From Gammaproteobacteria bacterium (GTDB taxonomy: Bacteria > Pseudomonadota > Gammaproteobacteria > DASZBR01), in NCBI GenBank assembly GCA_033763845.1, contig JANRJR010000004.1, forward strand, positions 22,095 through 86,094: a stretch of 64,000 nucleotides of DNA, in the 5' to 3' direction. Below, in pieces: positions 20,379-32,144 of this stretch. Numbering within the stretch: the first letter of the stretch is position 1; each line of letters begins with the position of its first letter. The notes below the pieces were generated by a model. It was given only the letters and a program-made list of their open reading frames with translations. It made no database searches and was not told the DNA's origin. The translations under genes and the position numbers were made by a program.

Positions 20379-22364
20379 ATGTTAATTTTAAACATTGCAG
20401 TTCCTTCGCCGCTCTATAAAACATTTGATTACATTGCGCCGGATAATTTTTCTGCTGAAAATTTTAAACCGGGTTTGCGCGTAAAAATTCCGTGGCGTGA
20501 TCATGAATTAATTGGAATTATTTTATCTGTTAGTTTCCACTCTGAAGTTCCAATCCATAAATTAAAACCAGCGATAGAAATACTAGACACAGAACCATTA
20601 TTTTCAGAGAGCGTATATAAATTAATTTTATTCGCAGCAGAGTATTACCATTATCCTATTGGTGAAGTATTTGCAGCCGCACTTCCGACATTATTGCGAC
20701 AGGGTAGAAACACAGAATATAAACATCATGCAAATGAATTCGAATCACTACCCGAAGTCGCGCCCGCACTAACAGAGCATCAGAGGGTGGCGGTTGACAG
20801 AATAATGCATGAAAAAAATCAATTTAAAATTTATTTATTATTTGGCGTAACAGGCTCAGGTAAAACAGAAGTTTATTTGCAAATTATTGATGCAGTGATC
20901 AAGCAGAATAAGCAGGCTTTAATATTAGTTCCTGAAATTGGATTAACGCCGCAAACGGTCATGCGATTTCAACAGCGATTTCCTGTATTAATTTCGGTAT
21001 TACATTCAGGCTTAACAGATACAGAAAGACATACAGCATGGCTTCAAGCAAAAAATGGCGATGCTAAAATTGTTATTGGTACACGGTCCGCCATTTTTGT
21101 GCCGTTAAAAAATCCAGGCATTATTGTTTTGGATGAAGAACATGATTTATCGTTTAAACAGCAAGAAGGTTTTAAATATTCTGCAAGAGATTTGGGTGTG
21201 TTACGTGCGAATTATGAACACATCCCAATTATATTGGGTTCAGCCACGCCCAGTTTAGAAAGCTTGCATAATGTCGAATTAGGACGGTATGAATGTTTGA
21301 AATTACCCGAGCGAGCAGGTGAGGCGGTTCATCCAGAATTTATTTTATTGGATTTAAAGAAACAAGCAGCACCGAAAGGATTATCAATTGCATTATTAGA
21401 AAATATTCAAAGGCATTTGAAAAATAATAATCAAGTATTAATATTTCTGAATCGCCGTGGATATTCTCCGACGTTAATTTGTTATCAATGTGGATGGATA
21501 GCAACCTGCAGAAAATGCGATGCCAACATGACGATTCATCAATCACCGTCACACTTGCAATGCCATCATTGCGGTGCATCCCGGCCCGTTGATAAAAATT
21601 GTTTAGAATGTCAGTCAACTTCTTTAGCACCGATGGGAACAGGAACAGAGCGAATTGAAGAAACCCTGAAAGAATATTTTCCTGAGGTACCTATTATCAG
21701 AATTGATAGAGATTCCACACGCAAAAAAGGCTCCCTTGAAGAAAAATTTGCGAATATTCACGAAGGTGAAGCGTGTATTTTAGTGGGTACACAAATGTTA
21801 GCGAAAGGTCATCATTTTAAGAATGTCACATTGGTTGCAATATTAAATGCTGATGCAGGATTGTTTAGCAGTGATTTTCGTGGTTCGGAACGGACCGCGC
21901 AATTAATTTTACAAGTTGCTGGGCGCAGTGGTCGTGCAGAAAAGCCGGGCGAAGTCATTTTACAAACGTACCATCCTGGTCATGTTTTATTGCAAACGTT
22001 ACTCACACAAGGCTATGAGGCTTTTGCGAAAGTATTATTAAAAGAACGCCAAGAGGCTTTATTGCCGCCGTATCAATTTTTAGCGCTAGTGAAAGCAGAA
22101 GGTTTAAAAATAGAGTTGGCGATGGAATTTTTACATCAAGCGAAAAACTATTTAAATCACAATAAAGATATTTTTATTTTAGGTCCCTTGCCAGCACCCA
22201 TGCAAAAAAAGGCAGGAAAGCATCGCGCGAATTTATTGTTACAAGCCAATAGTAGAAGTGCCATTAAGAACCACTTAAATAAACTGATTGACCATTTGTC
22301 GGAGATTCAGGTAAAACAACGAGTAAGGTGGTCGATAGATGTAGACCCTGTCGAATTCTTTTAG
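20379..22364 (+). CDS. priA: Primosomal replication-restart helicase PriA
   Basis: Walker A GVTGSGKTEVY, a DEEHD box, and the Cys-rich zinc region CYQCGW..CRKCD..CHHCG..CLEC. Confidence 0.9.
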   Translation: MLILNIAVPSPLYKTFDYIAPDNFSAENFKPGLRVKIPWRDHELIGIILSVSFHSEVPIHKLKPAIEILDTEPLFSESVYKLILFAAEYYHYPIGEVFAAALPTLLRQGRNTEYKHHANEFESLPEVAPALTEHQRVAVDRIMHEKNQFKIYLLFGVTGSGKTEVYLQIIDAVIKQNKQALILVPEIGLTPQTVMRFQQRFPVLISVLHSGLTDTERHTAWLQAKNGDAKIVIGTRSAIFVPLKNPGIIVLDEEHDLSFKQQEGFKYSARDLGVLRANYEHIPIILGSATPSLESLHNVELGRYECLKLPERAGEAVHPEFILLDLKKQAAPKGLSIALLENIQRHLKNNNQVLIFLNRRGYSPTLICYQCGWIATCRKCDANMTIHQSPSHLQCHHCGASRPVDKNCLECQSTSLAPMGTGTERIEETLKEYFPEVPIIRIDRDSTRKKGSLEEKFANIHEGEACILVGTQMLAKGHHFKNVTLVAILNADAGLFSSDFRGSERTAQLILQVAGRSGRAEKPGEVILQTYHPGHVLLQTLLTQGYEAFAKVLLKERQEALLPPYQFLALVKAEGLKIELAMEFLHQAKNYLNHNKDIFILGPLPAPMQKKAGKHRANLLLQANSRSAIKNHLNKLIDHLSEIQVKQRVRWSIDVDPVEFF

Positions 22365-22376
22365 AAGGAGTATAAG

Positions 22377-23588
22377 ATGTCAAAAAATGATTTTACAAAA
22401 TATTTATCTGAAAAAATTGCTGAACTCAAAACCGAAGGCTTATATAAAGCAGAGCGAGTGATTAGGTCACAACAACAAGCGGAAATTGAAGTTAATCATG
22501 GCCAGCATGTTTTAAATTTCTGTGCGAATAATTATTTGGGATTAGCAAATCATCCTGAATTAATTCAGGCTGGTAAAGACGCGCTCGATAAACATGGTTA
22601 TGGATTAGCCTCAGTAAGATTTATATGCGGCACGCAAGATATCCATAAAACATTGGAAAATAAAATTAGCCAATTCTTGGGCACAGAAGATACTATATTA
22701 TATAGCTCTTGTTTTGATGCGAATGGCGGGTTATTTGAGACGCTATTAACAGAAGAAGATGCAATTATTTCTGATGCATTAAATCATGCCAGTATTATTG
22801 ACGGTATTAGACTTTGTAAAGCACAGCGGTTTAGATATGCCAATAACGATATGGTTGATTTGGAAAAGCAATTAATTGCGGCGAAAGATGCACGGTACAA
22901 ATTAATTGCAACTGACGGCGTATTTTCGATGGACGGCATTATTGCGAATTTAAAAGCCATTTGTGATCTCGCAGATAAATATGGCGCCATGGTGATGGTT
23001 GATGATTCACATGCTGTTGGATTTATGGGCAAAACAGGTAAAGGCACGCCTGAACATTGCGGTGTCGCAGAGAGAATTGATATTTATACGGGGACGTTGG
23101 GTAAAGCATTAGGTGGTGCATCAGGCGGATACACATCTGGCAAAAAAGAAATTATTGAATGGCTTCGAAATAGATCTAGACCTTATTTATTTTCTAATAC
23201 CTTAGCTCCCGCAATTGTTGGGGCCAGTATTTATGTACTAGAATTATTAAATAAACAAGGTGATGCGTTACGTAAAAAACTCACTGAAAATTCAAATTAT
23301 TTTAGATCTCAAATGACAAAATTAGGTTTTAATTTAGTACCAGGGGAGCATCCGATTATTCCCGTAATGCTGGGTGATGCAAAATTAGCCACTGAAATGG
23401 CTAATTTATTGTTGAAAGAAAATATTTATGTGATTGGGTTTTCTTTTCCCGTCGTACCAAAAGGTCAAGCGAGAATTCGAACACAGATGTCAGCAGGTCA
23501 TACGCGTGAGCAAATTGATAAAGCAGTTGCGGCTTTCGCAAAAGTCGGTAATACATTAGGAGTGATTCAGCATGAAAGCGTTAGTTAA
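22377..23588 (+). CDS. kbl: Glycine C-acetyltransferase (2-amino-3-ketobutyrate CoA ligase)
   Basis: AAGGAG Shine-Dalgarno sequence. Has alpha-oxoamine synthase blocks ([25 protein letters not shown]) and is paired with tdh. Confidence 0.9.
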   Translation: MSKNDFTKYLSEKIAELKTEGLYKAERVIRSQQQAEIEVNHGQHVLNFCANNYLGLANHPELIQAGKDALDKHGYGLASVRFICGTQDIHKTLENKISQFLGTEDTILYSSCFDANGGLFETLLTEEDAIISDALNHASIIDGIRLCKAQRFRYANNDMVDLEKQLIAAKDARYKLIATDGVFSMDGIIANLKAICDLADKYGAMVMVDDSHAVGFMGKTGKGTPEHCGVAERIDIYTGTLGKALGGASGGYTSGKKEIIEWLRNRSRPYLFSNTLAPAIVGASIYVLELLNKQGDALRKKLTENSNYFRSQMTKLGFNLVPGEHPIIPVMLGDAKLATEMANLLLKENIYVIGFSFPVVPKGQARIRTQMSAGHTREQIDKAVAAFAKVGNTLGVIQHESVS

Positions 23589-24597
23589 ATCGAAAGCCGA
23601 AAAGGGAATTTGGTTGGAAGATGTTCCTAAGCCCACGATTAGTCACAATGATGTTTTGATTAAAATTAAAAAAACGGCGATTTGTGGAACCGATGCGCAT
23701 ATTTATAATTGGGATGCGTGGGCACAAAAAACCATAAAAATTCCAATGACAGTTGGTCATGAGTTTATGGGTGAAATTGTTGAAATCGGTGATGAAGTTA
23801 CAGGATTAAAAATAGGACAGCGCGTTTCTGGCGAAGGGCATATTACCTGTGGTTATTGCCGCAAATGTCGTGCAGGTAATCAACACTTATGTCGCAATAC
23901 CATTGGATTGGGTGTAAATCGTAATGGCTGTTTTGCTGAATATTTAAGTTTTCCCGCTAAAAATGTATATCCTTTACCAGATAATATTCCGGATAATATT
24001 GCATCGTTTTTAGATCCCTTAGGAAATGCAGTGCATACGGCATTGTCGTTTGATTTGGTTGGCGAAGATGTCTTAATTACAGGTGCCGGCCCGATTGGCA
24101 TTATGGCTGCCGCGATTTGTAAAAAAGTGGGTGCAAGATTTGTGGTTATTACGGATGTAAATGAATACCGATTAGATTTAGCGAGAAAGATTGGCGATGT
24201 GGTGGCCATTAATCCCAAAAATAAATCATTAAAAGATGTCATGAAAGACTTAGGCATGACAGAAGGTTTTGATGTGGGATTAGAAATGTCAGGAAATGAC
24301 GCGGCGTTTAATCAAATGCTAGAGCATATGAATCATGGCGGAAGAATTGCTATTTTAGGAATTCCTTCTACGCCAATTGCGATCGATTGGAATCATGTTA
24401 TTTTTAAGGGATTAATACTAAAAGGCATTTATGGTCGCGAAATGTTTGATACGTGGTACAAAATGATTATGTTGTTACAAAGTGGATTAAATGTCGCGCC
24501 AGTACTAACACATGAATTTAGTTATAAAGACTATCAAAAAGCGTTTGATGCAATGGCGACAGGGCAGTCCGGTAAAGTGATTATGCATTGGGATTGA
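23572..24597 (+). CDS. tdh: L-threonine 3-dehydrogenase
   Basis: Zn-dependent alcohol dehydrogenase fold: [29 protein letters not shown]. Conserved kbl-tdh operon. Confidence 0.9.
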   Translation: MKALVKSKAEKGIWLEDVPKPTISHNDVLIKIKKTAICGTDAHIYNWDAWAQKTIKIPMTVGHEFMGEIVEIGDEVTGLKIGQRVSGEGHITCGYCRKCRAGNQHLCRNTIGLGVNRNGCFAEYLSFPAKNVYPLPDNIPDNIASFLDPLGNAVHTALSFDLVGEDVLITGAGPIGIMAAAICKKVGARFVVITDVNEYRLDLARKIGDVVAINPKNKSLKDVMKDLGMTEGFDVGLEMSGNDAAFNQMLEHMNHGGRIAILGIPSTPIAIDWNHVIFKGLILKGIYGREMFDTWYKMIMLLQSGLNVAPVLTHEFSYKDYQKAFDAMATGQSGKVIMHWD

Positions 24598-24602
24598 TTT
24601 AA

Positions 24603-25346
24603 TTAATCTCTCAGCAACTCATTCAACGCAACTTTGCCACGCGTTTGTTCGTCCACAAATTTAACAATTACCGCGCAATAAACGCTGTGTGATCCATCTT
24701 GTGCAGGCAGTGAACCTGGAACGACAACGGCATTTTTGGGAATTTTTCCATACGTAATTTCTTTTGTAAGGCGATTATAAATTTTGGTGCTTTTACCAAT
24801 ATAAACACCCATGGAAATTACTGCGCCTTCTTCAATAATTACGCCTTCAACTATTTCAGAACGCGCACCAATAAAGCAATTGTCTTCAATAATAGTTGGC
24901 GTTGCTTGTAAAGGTTCTAAAACTCCACCAATTCCAACACCACCAGATAAATGAACATTTTTACCGATTTGTGCGCACGATCCTACCGTCGCCCACGTAT
25001 CAACCATCACCCCTGTATCAATATATGCGCCAATATTAACGTAAGAGGGCATTAATACAGAATTAGGTGCTACATACGCGCCTTTGCGAACAATCGCGCT
25101 AGGAATTACACGAACTTTATCTTGTAGAAATTGCTCCTGTGAATAATCTTTGTATTTTAAGGGGATCTTGTCATAAAAATTCGTAAAGCCCGCGGGTTGA
25201 ATATCATTCGGAAATAATTTGAAATAATTTAAAATCGCTTCTTTAGCGGTTTGATTGGTGATCCATACGTTATTTATTTTTTCGGCGACACGAAGTTGGC
25301 CTGCGTTTAATTTTTCGATGATATCTAAAACCGTATTTTTATCCAT
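24603..25346 (-). CDS. dapD: 2,3,4,5-tetrahydropyridine-2,6-dicarboxylate N-succinyltransferase
   Basis: Hexapeptide-repeat region ([40 protein letters not shown]) behind a DapD-like N-terminal domain. The start overlaps the RND gene stop by 8 nt. Confidence 0.85.
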   Translation of the reverse strand: MDKNTVLDIIEKLNAGQLRVAEKINNVWITNQTAKEAILNYFKLFPNDIQPAGFTNFYDKIPLKYKDYSQEQFLQDKVRVIPSAIVRKGAYVAPNSVLMPSYVNIGAYIDTGVMVDTWATVGSCAQIGKNVHLSGGVGIGGVLEPLQATPTIIEDNCFIGARSEIVEGVIIEEGAVISMGVYIGKSTKIYNRLTKEITYGKIPKNAVVVPGSLPAQDGSHSVYCAVIVKFVDEQTRGKVALNELLRD

Positions 25347-28300
25347 GGGATTTTTTGCTCGCTAAATACATATACATTGTGGGAATAACAAAAAGGGTAA
25401 AGAAGGTACCAAACGACATTCCGCCAATGATAACCCAACCTAATTGTGTGCGTGCTGCAGAACCTGCACCTGAAGCAAGCGCTAAAGGAAATGCACCTAA
25501 TATCATGGCAAACGTTGTCATTAATACTGGCCGTAAGCGAATGGACGCCGACTGAATGATCGCCGTTAATTTGTTATGACCTTCTTCTTGTAATTGATTG
25601 GCGAATTCGACGATTAAAATTCCGTGTTTGCTGATGAGGCCAACTAATGTGATTAATCCAATTTGGGTATAAATATTTAAAGTCGCGTGTGGAAGAAGGT
25701 GTAATGCAATTAATGCGCCTGCACTGGATAAAGGTACGCTCATCATCACAATCAAGGGATCTCGAAAACTTTCAAATTGTGCGGCTAATACTAAGAAAAT
25801 AAAAATAATTGCAAAAATGAATGTTTGCTCCATAGTCCCATAGGTTTGAACCAATTGGCGAGATTGGCCTTCAAAATCGTATTGAATATTTTTAGGAAGT
25901 TCTTTTTGTGTTGTACTTTCTAAATAATCTAACGCCTGACCCAGGGTATATCCAGGCGCTAAACTCGCTGTGATGGTTGCAGCTCTCAATTGTTGAAAAT
26001 GGCTTAATGTTTGAGTTTCAATGGTTTGATCAATGCTTGCAATATTAGAAAGAGGAATTAATTGGCCGGATCCTGTTCGTACATTTAATTGCCCTAATTG
26101 TGAGGGAGATGTACGAAACTGCGGCATAATTTGTGGAATAATATTATAACTTCGGCCGCCCATATTAAATTGGGCTAACAATGGTTGAGCAAGTGCTAAA
26201 TTTAAAGTGCTGTTAATTTCGCTCATTGGGATGCCAAGAACAGCGGCTTTATCTCGGTCTAAGTTGATATCTACTTGAGCAGTATCCATTTTGAGATCGC
26301 TGTCTATATTTAACAACATTGGGTTTTGCTTTTGAACGATAGACATGAGCTTATGTGCTGCATTATTTAAATCTTGATAGCTTCCGGTTGTTTTTAAAAC
26401 AAACTGAACCGGTGTGAATCCCGAGCTGCCTGGCAAAGGCGGTAAATTAAAGGGGAATGCTTTTACACCTGGAATGCCCCAGAATTGTGGAAATAAACTA
26501 TCAATAATTTGCTGTGATGAACGCTTACGCTCACCCCACGGTTTTAAGACGACAAATGAAAATGCACTGTTTACGGACGGTGTTCCTGCATAGCCGTTAA
26601 TAACTCCATAACCAATTTGTTCAGGAAGATGATTATAAATTCCTTGAATTTTTTGTGTTTGTTGTTCAGTGTATTTTAAGTTAGCGTTTGTTGGGCCCAT
26701 AACGGCGGCTAAAATTGCGCCTTGGTCTTCAGCGGGTGCCAATTCAGCAGGTATACTGCTATAGAGAAAATAACAGCTGAAATAAATAATTCCCGCAACA
26801 ATTAAAACTAAACCTTTACGGTCCAAGGTTTCACGTAAAATAATTTTATATTTGTTCATAAAACGATTGAATATTTCATCAATTTTTTCGGGCAAGCCTT
26901 TTTTTTGTGAGTGGCTCAACAATTTTGAGCACATCATCGGTGAAAGTGTTAACGCAACAAATCCAGAAATAATCACAGAACCTGCTAATGTAAACGCAAA
27001 CTCTCTGAACAGCGCACCGGTTAATCCTGATACAAATCCAATGGGTGCGTAAACAGCAGCTAATGTTAACGTCATTGCGATAACGGCAAAACCAATTTCG
27101 CGTGCGCCTTTTATTGCTGCGTCAAAAGGAGACAAACCTTCTTCAATGTGACGATGAATATTTTCTACAACAACAATAGCGTCATCTACTACTAATCCAA
27201 TGGCTAACACCCAGGCTAATAATGTAAGTACATTAATGCTGTATCCCATCGCCAACATAATGCTACACACGCCGATAACAGATAATGGAATTGTAATAAT
27301 AGGTATGAGTGCGTTACGAAAGGAGCCTAAAAATAAAAAGATCACAAGAATAACAAATACCGTCGCTTCAATAATGGTTTGATAAACTTCCTTTATCGAT
27401 GCAGCAATAAATCGTGAAGTATCCCACATGAGAATAGACGACAATCCGGAAGGAAGGGCACGATCAATATAGGGTAATACTTTATTAACGGCTCTTGAGA
27501 CTTCAAGGGGATTTGCTGTAGGTTGAGGAATCACAGCCAATACAATGGCGTTTTTACCATTAACATTAACTGCTACACGATCACTTTCAGGTCCTAATTC
27601 TGCATTGCCTATAGCGCCTAAGCGAACAAAGTTTCCGTTGTTATTTTTAATGACCAAATTATTAAATTGCTGAGGAGTTTTTAAATCAGTTTGAGCAGTA
27701 ACGTCAAATTCTTGTAGGTCACTATCAATATATCCCGCAGCCGTTTGAACGTTATTGTTTAATAATGCAGTAGATACATCATTGGCAGTAACACCATGAG
27801 AAGCCATGAGTTGAGGGTTTAACCAAATTCGCATCGAGTATAAACGTTCGCCAAAAATAACCGCTTGTGCGACACCGGGAAGCGTTGCAATTTGTGGTTG
27901 CACTGCACGGATAATATAGTCGGTAATTTTTTCTGGTGATAATGAACCGCTGACAAAGGGGATATAAATAATGGGTTGAGCATTGGGATCTTTTTCAGAA
28001 ACTACAGGGTCTTGAATTTGTTTGGGTAATAAATACCGCACAGAAGCTACCGCATTGCTGACATTGGTAACGGCTTTGTTGATATCAAAACCTAAATTAA
28101 ATACCACCGAAATGCTGCTTGAACCCGTTGTGCTAGCAGATTTTATATAATCAATTCCATCAATACCGGAGAGCGCATTTTCGATAGGAGTTGTAACAAA
28201 TCCTTCCATGATTTGCGGGCTTGCCCCTGGATAACTCACTGAAATATTGATCACGGATGCTGCAATTTGAGGATATTCGCGTGTAGGTAAAGCCATAAAA

Positions 28301-28383
28301 GCACGAATACCAACCAGTAAAATAATTAAGCTTAATACTGTTGCGAAAACGGGGCGACGAATAAAAATATCAGTGAGTTGCAT
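25339..28383 (-). CDS. RND multidrug efflux transporter, inner-membrane subunit (AcrB/MdtB family)
   Basis: 1014 aa. Has the canonical N-terminus [18 protein letters not shown], two large periplasmic loops and 12 TM segments. The [12 protein letters not shown] motif is present. Confidence 0.9.
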   Translation of the reverse strand: MQLTDIFIRRPVFATVLSLIILLVGIRAFMALPTREYPQIAASVINISVSYPGASPQIMEGFVTTPIENALSGIDGIDYIKSASTTGSSSISVVFNLGFDINKAVTNVSNAVASVRYLLPKQIQDPVVSEKDPNAQPIIYIPFVSGSLSPEKITDYIIRAVQPQIATLPGVAQAVIFGERLYSMRIWLNPQLMASHGVTANDVSTALLNNNVQTAAGYIDSDLQEFDVTAQTDLKTPQQFNNLVIKNNNGNFVRLGAIGNAELGPESDRVAVNVNGKNAIVLAVIPQPTANPLEVSRAVNKVLPYIDRALPSGLSSILMWDTSRFIAASIKEVYQTIIEATVFVILVIFLFLGSFRNALIPIITIPLSVIGVCSIMLAMGYSINVLTLLAWVLAIGLVVDDAIVVVENIHRHIEEGLSPFDAAIKGAREIGFAVIAMTLTLAAVYAPIGFVSGLTGALFREFAFTLAGSVIISGFVALTLSPMMCSKLLSHSQKKGLPEKIDEIFNRFMNKYKIILRETLDRKGLVLIVAGIIYFSCYFLYSSIPAELAPAEDQGAILAAVMGPTNANLKYTEQQTQKIQGIYNHLPEQIGYGVINGYAGTPSVNSAFSFVVLKPWGERKRSSQQIIDSLFPQFWGIPGVKAFPFNLPPLPGSSGFTPVQFVLKTTGSYQDLNNAAHKLMSIVQKQNPMLLNIDSDLKMDTAQVDINLDRDKAAVLGIPMSEINSTLNLALAQPLLAQFNMGGRSYNIIPQIMPQFRTSPSQLGQLNVRTGSGQLIPLSNIASIDQTIETQTLSHFQQLRAATITASLAPGYTLGQALDYLESTTQKELPKNIQYDFEGQSRQLVQTYGTMEQTFIFAIIFIFLVLAAQFESFRDPLIVMMSVPLSSAGALIALHLLPHATLNIYTQIGLITLVGLISKHGILIVEFANQLQEEGHNKLTAIIQSASIRLRPVLMTTFAMILGAFPLALASGAGSAARTQLGWVIIGGMSFGTFFTLFVIPTMYMYLASKKSHG

Positions 28384-29425
28384 GAACTTTTGCGCCGTCA
28401 GAAATTTTTAATTGACCTTCGGTGACTACAACATCACCTTCTTTAAGCCCAGAGACAGCGATTTCTTTTTTACTGGTTTGCAAAATTGTGACCGGTGCTT
28501 TAACAGCAACATCATTAACTATTTTGTATACATAATTACCATTTGCATCGTAAACCACGGCCGTTTGGGGGATTGTTATTAATGGTGTAGGTGACCCCGC
28601 GTATAAAGTTACTTGTACAAAACTTCCTGGGAGTAATTTATGTTCAGGATTGGGAATTTCTGCTCTGATTGCGACGGTTCGCGTATCAACATTCACAGCA
28701 GTATCAATTGCGCTGACTTGTCCTTCAAATACCTGACCGGGAAGAGAATCACTTCGAATTTTAATGGTATCACCCGGTGCAATGTCAGAAAATTGATTTT
28801 GTGGGACAGAGAAATCTACACGCAGTGTATCAATCGATTGTAAATTCACTAGTGCTTGCCCGATATTGATGTAATCACCTAAATTATATTGTGTAATGCC
28901 CAATTTTCCACTAAAGGGTGCGGTAATAACATTTTCAGCCAACTGTGCTTTTACAGCCGCCAGATCAGCCAACGCAGATTCTTTGTTCGCTAAGGCAGTA
29001 TCTGTATCTTGTTTAGATAATGCACCACGTTTAAATAACGCAATCGCCCTGTCGTAATCACCTGACATCAAATTCGCTTTGGCTTGTGCTGAGATTAAAT
29101 TGGCTTTCAATATCCCTGGGTTAATTTCTAATAGAACATCGCCGAATTTAACTTCATCGCCTGAATGAAAATAAATTTGTGTTACATTGCCTGCAACTTG
29201 TGATTTAAGCATGACACCTTGTATGGCATTCAATGTTCCGCTTGCCTGAATTTTATTTTGCCAATCTTTCGGAGTTGCAACAGCTGCTTCGACGGCGGTT
29301 TTCATATTAGCCATATATTCTTTTGTTTTTAATGCAACAAACCATTGCCATCCTTTCCAAGCAGAGATAGCAATAATCAAAACAAGTGTGAGAAGGAGAA
29401 TTAATCCGCGTTTTCGTTGGGTCAT
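28370..29425 (-). CDS. RND efflux periplasmic adaptor (membrane fusion protein)
   Basis: N-terminal TM anchor, a coiled-coil hairpin (AQAKANL...AVKAQLAEN), and barrel domains. It overlaps the RND gene by 14 nt. ATG at 29425 is preferred over the TTG at 29461. Confidence 0.85.
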   Translation of the reverse strand: MTQRKRGLILLLTLVLIIAISAWKGWQWFVALKTKEYMANMKTAVEAAVATPKDWQNKIQASGTLNAIQGVMLKSQVAGNVTQIYFHSGDEVKFGDVLLEINPGILKANLISAQAKANLMSGDYDRAIALFKRGALSKQDTDTALANKESALADLAAVKAQLAENVITAPFSGKLGITQYNLGDYINIGQALVNLQSIDTLRVDFSVPQNQFSDIAPGDTIKIRSDSLPGQVFEGQVSAIDTAVNVDTRTVAIRAEIPNPEHKLLPGSFVQVTLYAGSPTPLITIPQTAVVYDANGNYVYKIVNDVAVKAPVTILQTSKKEIAVSGLKEGDVVVTEGQLKISDGAKVHATH

Positions 29426-29478
29426 ACCTTGTATGCTATTATCTCTGGCTTGATAAGGCAAGGGAGAAAAAGGGCATT

Positions 29479-30327
29479 ATGACACCCGACAATATTAGCT
29501 TTTTAGGCTATGCGTGCGGACTCGCAGCAGGTGATGCAGGATGTGCAGATGGTCCTGTAGAATTGCAATCTGAATTTAAAACCATTTCACTTTTATACCC
29601 GGATATATTCTGCAAAGACAAATACAAAATTATTGCGGAACTTTCTCAACGATTAGCAGAACGTGTACAGCAATCGGTCTATGATAAAAAACCTTTTATT
29701 GTTTTTGCCGGCGATCATTCTTGCGCGATCGGCACATGGAGTGGCGCGACTTCTGCATTAGAAAAAGATGTTGGCTTAATTTGGGTAGATGCGCATTTGG
29801 ATGCGCATACCACTGAAACTTCACCCTCGGGAAATATTCATGGTATGCCTGTGGCCAGTTTATTGGGCCATGGAAATAACTTGTTATCGTCTATTTTGGA
29901 CGTGCGCCCTAAGATTAAACCTGAAAACATGTGTTTTATTGGTGTTCGAAGTTTTGAAGAAGGTGAGTTTGAATTAGTGACGCGACTAGGAATCAAAGTA
30001 TTTTATATTGATGAAGTAAAATCACGCGGTTTAGATGGTGTATTTAAGGAAGCCAAAACAATTGTGACGAAAAATACACCATATTACGGTGTGAGCATTG
30101 ATTTGGATGGAATTGATCCCAGTGAAGCCCCGGGTGTTGGAACGCCAGAAAAAAATGGTTTGTCCTCGCAAGAATTGTGTGATGCGTTAACGAAATATTG
30201 TCACCGTGATCCCAAATTAATAGGTGTCGAAATAACAGAATTTAATCCGCACCATGATGTGAGTGGTAAAACACGAGAAGTTATCCGCAATTTAGTCAAA
30301 TCAATTTATACGATTGGAGAAAAATGA
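29479..30327 (+). CDS. rocF: Arginase-family ureohydrolase, probably arginase
   Basis: Mn-ligand blocks AGDHS, VDAHLDAHT, SIDLDGIDP and EITEFNP. It is coupled (ATGA) to an ornithine aminotransferase gene. Confidence 0.7.
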   Translation: MTPDNISFLGYACGLAAGDAGCADGPVELQSEFKTISLLYPDIFCKDKYKIIAELSQRLAERVQQSVYDKKPFIVFAGDHSCAIGTWSGATSALEKDVGLIWVDAHLDAHTTETSPSGNIHGMPVASLLGHGNNLLSSILDVRPKIKPENMCFIGVRSFEEGEFELVTRLGIKVFYIDEVKSRGLDGVFKEAKTIVTKNTPYYGVSIDLDGIDPSEAPGVGTPEKNGLSSQELCDALTKYCHRDPKLIGVEITEFNPHHDVSGKTREVIRNLVKSIYTIGEK

Positions 30328-31514
30328 TGACCCCAGTTGAACTTGAAAATAAATATGGCGCACACAATTATCATCCACTTCCGGTTATGATCACGCTTGG
30401 CGAAGGAATTTACGTTTGGGATGAAAATAATAAACGCTATATGGATATGATGAGTGCCTATTCTGCAATCAGTCACGGACATTGTCATCCGCGATTAGTT
30501 GAAGTGTTAACGCATCAAGCCAAGACTGTTGCTGTTGTTTCGCGCGCTTTTTATAGCGAAACCTTAGGGAAATTTTTACAAAAAGCCTGTGAGTTAACGG
30601 GAATGCCTCGAGCACTTCCGATGAACAGTGGTGCAGAAGCGGTTGAGACTGCATTAAAAGCGGCGCGCAAATGGGCCTATAAAGTTAAAAAAGTTCCTGA
30701 GAATAAAGCTGAAGTTATCGCATGTACGAATAATTTCCACGGACGAACAATATCAATTGTGTCGATGTCGACAGAAGCACAATACCGCGAGGGGTTTGGT
30801 CCTTTTCCCACGGGATTTAAAATTGTTCAATACGGGGATGCGCAAGCTTTAGAAAAAGAAATTACACCGAATACTGCTGCGTTTATTTTGGAACCGATTC
30901 AAGGTGAGGCAGGCATTATTGTTCCGCCTATGGGGTATTTAAAAGCGTGTGAAGAAATTTGTCGTAAGCATAATGTGTTGCTCATTACGGATGAAATTCA
31001 AACGGGTTTGGGGCGAACGGGAAAATTATTAGCCTCACAACACGAAAATGTTAAACCAGATTGCATTACATTGGGTAAAGCATTGGGTGGAGGATTAATG
31101 CCCGTTTCATTATTTTTAGCGCGAGAAGATGTGATGGATGTATTTACGCCAGGCGATCATGGTAGTACATTTGGCGGTAGTCCGTTAGCCGCAGCCGTAG
31201 GATATGAGGCATTAAATGTTTTAGTTGAGGAAGATTTGATAGAGCATGCCCATAAGATAGGCGAATATTTTATGAGCGAGTTGAAAAAAATTAAATCGCC
31301 TTTAATTAAAGACGTACGTGGAAAAGGCCTATTGATTGGTATTGAAATTGATACGCAGAAAAAAGCCGCGCGCGAAATTTGTTTAGAATTATTGAAATTA
31401 GGTTTGCTGAGCAAGGAAACACATCACACTGTGATTCGTTTAGCACCGCCATTAATCATAACAAAGGAACAAATCGATGAAGCAATGGGGATTATTAAAT
31501 CCGTTATCAAATAA
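30324..31514 (+). CDS. rocD: Ornithine aminotransferase
   Basis: Class III PLP aminotransferase. Has the OAT-like N-terminus YGAHNYHPLPV, plus DEIQTGLGRTGK and the TLGKALGGG Lys block. Confidence 0.85.
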   Translation: MMTPVELENKYGAHNYHPLPVMITLGEGIYVWDENNKRYMDMMSAYSAISHGHCHPRLVEVLTHQAKTVAVVSRAFYSETLGKFLQKACELTGMPRALPMNSGAEAVETALKAARKWAYKVKKVPENKAEVIACTNNFHGRTISIVSMSTEAQYREGFGPFPTGFKIVQYGDAQALEKEITPNTAAFILEPIQGEAGIIVPPMGYLKACEEICRKHNVLLITDEIQTGLGRTGKLLASQHENVKPDCITLGKALGGGLMPVSLFLAREDVMDVFTPGDHGSTFGGSPLAAAVGYEALNVLVEEDLIEHAHKIGEYFMSELKKIKSPLIKDVRGKGLLIGIEIDTQKKAAREICLELLKLGLLSKETHHTVIRLAPPLIITKEQIDEAMGIIKSVIK

Positions 31515-31522
31515 TTGTAGGA

Positions 31523-31539
31523 GCGAGGCCATGCCTCGC
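31523..31539 (+). other. Stem-loop just after rocD that covers the next ORF's start codon
   Basis: GCGAGGC-CAT-GCCTCGC, a perfect 7-bp stem. The loop and 3' arm contain the ATG at 31531. No U-tract follows. Confidence 0.4.
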
Positions 31540-31680
31540 CCGTCTTCAAATCACGGTTATACCTTACTAGAAGTGTTGATAGCATTATCAATTATTTCAA
31601 TAACGTTATTGGGGTTTGCCGAAGCTGAAGTATATGCATTAAAAACCGAAAAGAATTTTTCAAACCTAATAAAAACATGA
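31531..31680 (+). pseudogene. Type IV (pseudo)pilin-like fragment (PilV/GspI-like N-terminus only, 49 aa)
   Basis: MPRPSSNHG|YTLLEVLIALSIISITLLGF is a prepilin-peptidase-type leader with Glu at +5. It stops after 49 aa, whereas minor pilins are normally well over 100 aa. Confidence 0.4.
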
Positions 31681-32144
31681 CGCTATTAGAACTACTATTA
31701 AGTTTATCTATAGGTTTATTTCTTGCAAGTCTCTTGCTTAAATTGTTTTCCCTTCAAGAAACACTTCATCAGGACGTAAATAATCTCAGCGTTCTCAATC
31801 GTCATGCATTAACAACAAGGCTAATCCTCACTCGCGAAATTGAATCAGCAAAGGTTATTCAGATTTTAAATAATAACCATGAGTTTAAAGCAGACAATAC
31901 GTTATTTTATATTAATAAAAATAATCTGTATCTTAAAAAAGCTCAGGATGTTGCTGTTGAATTGATTCCAGATGTAAAAAATTTAAGTGTCGCGTTGCAT
32001 CATTCACAACTTGAGGTCAGTGTCCTCGTCTACCTACCGGAGAATCAAAATGAAACCCAAGGGGTTTATCTTACTCACAGTATTGCTCTTCATTTTTTTG
32101 CTAAGCCTCATTGTATTTTCAACACTGCAAACCAGTGTGAATGA
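31677..32144 (+). CDS. PilW/GspJ-like minor (pseudo)pilin remnant lacking a leader peptide
   Basis: Starts MTLLELLLSLSIGLF, a pilin-type hydrophobic helix with Glu5 but no Gly-Phe cleavage site. An in-frame TGA at 31626-31628 limits any upstream extension. Its last 95 nt overlap the next pilin-like ORF. Confidence 0.4.
   Translation: MTLLELLLSLSIGLFLASLLLKLFSLQETLHQDVNNLSVLNRHALTTRLILTREIESAKVIQILNNNHEFKADNTLFYINKNNLYLKKAQDVAVELIPDVKNLSVALHHSQLEVSVLVYLPENQNETQGVYLTHSIALHFFAKPHCIFNTANQCE

Noticed and set aside
20149-20385. 78-aa ORF in the track
   Set aside because: It runs straight through tRNA-Ser (20280-20371), and its start overlaps the small lipoprotein ORF in another frame. It is a spurious ORF.
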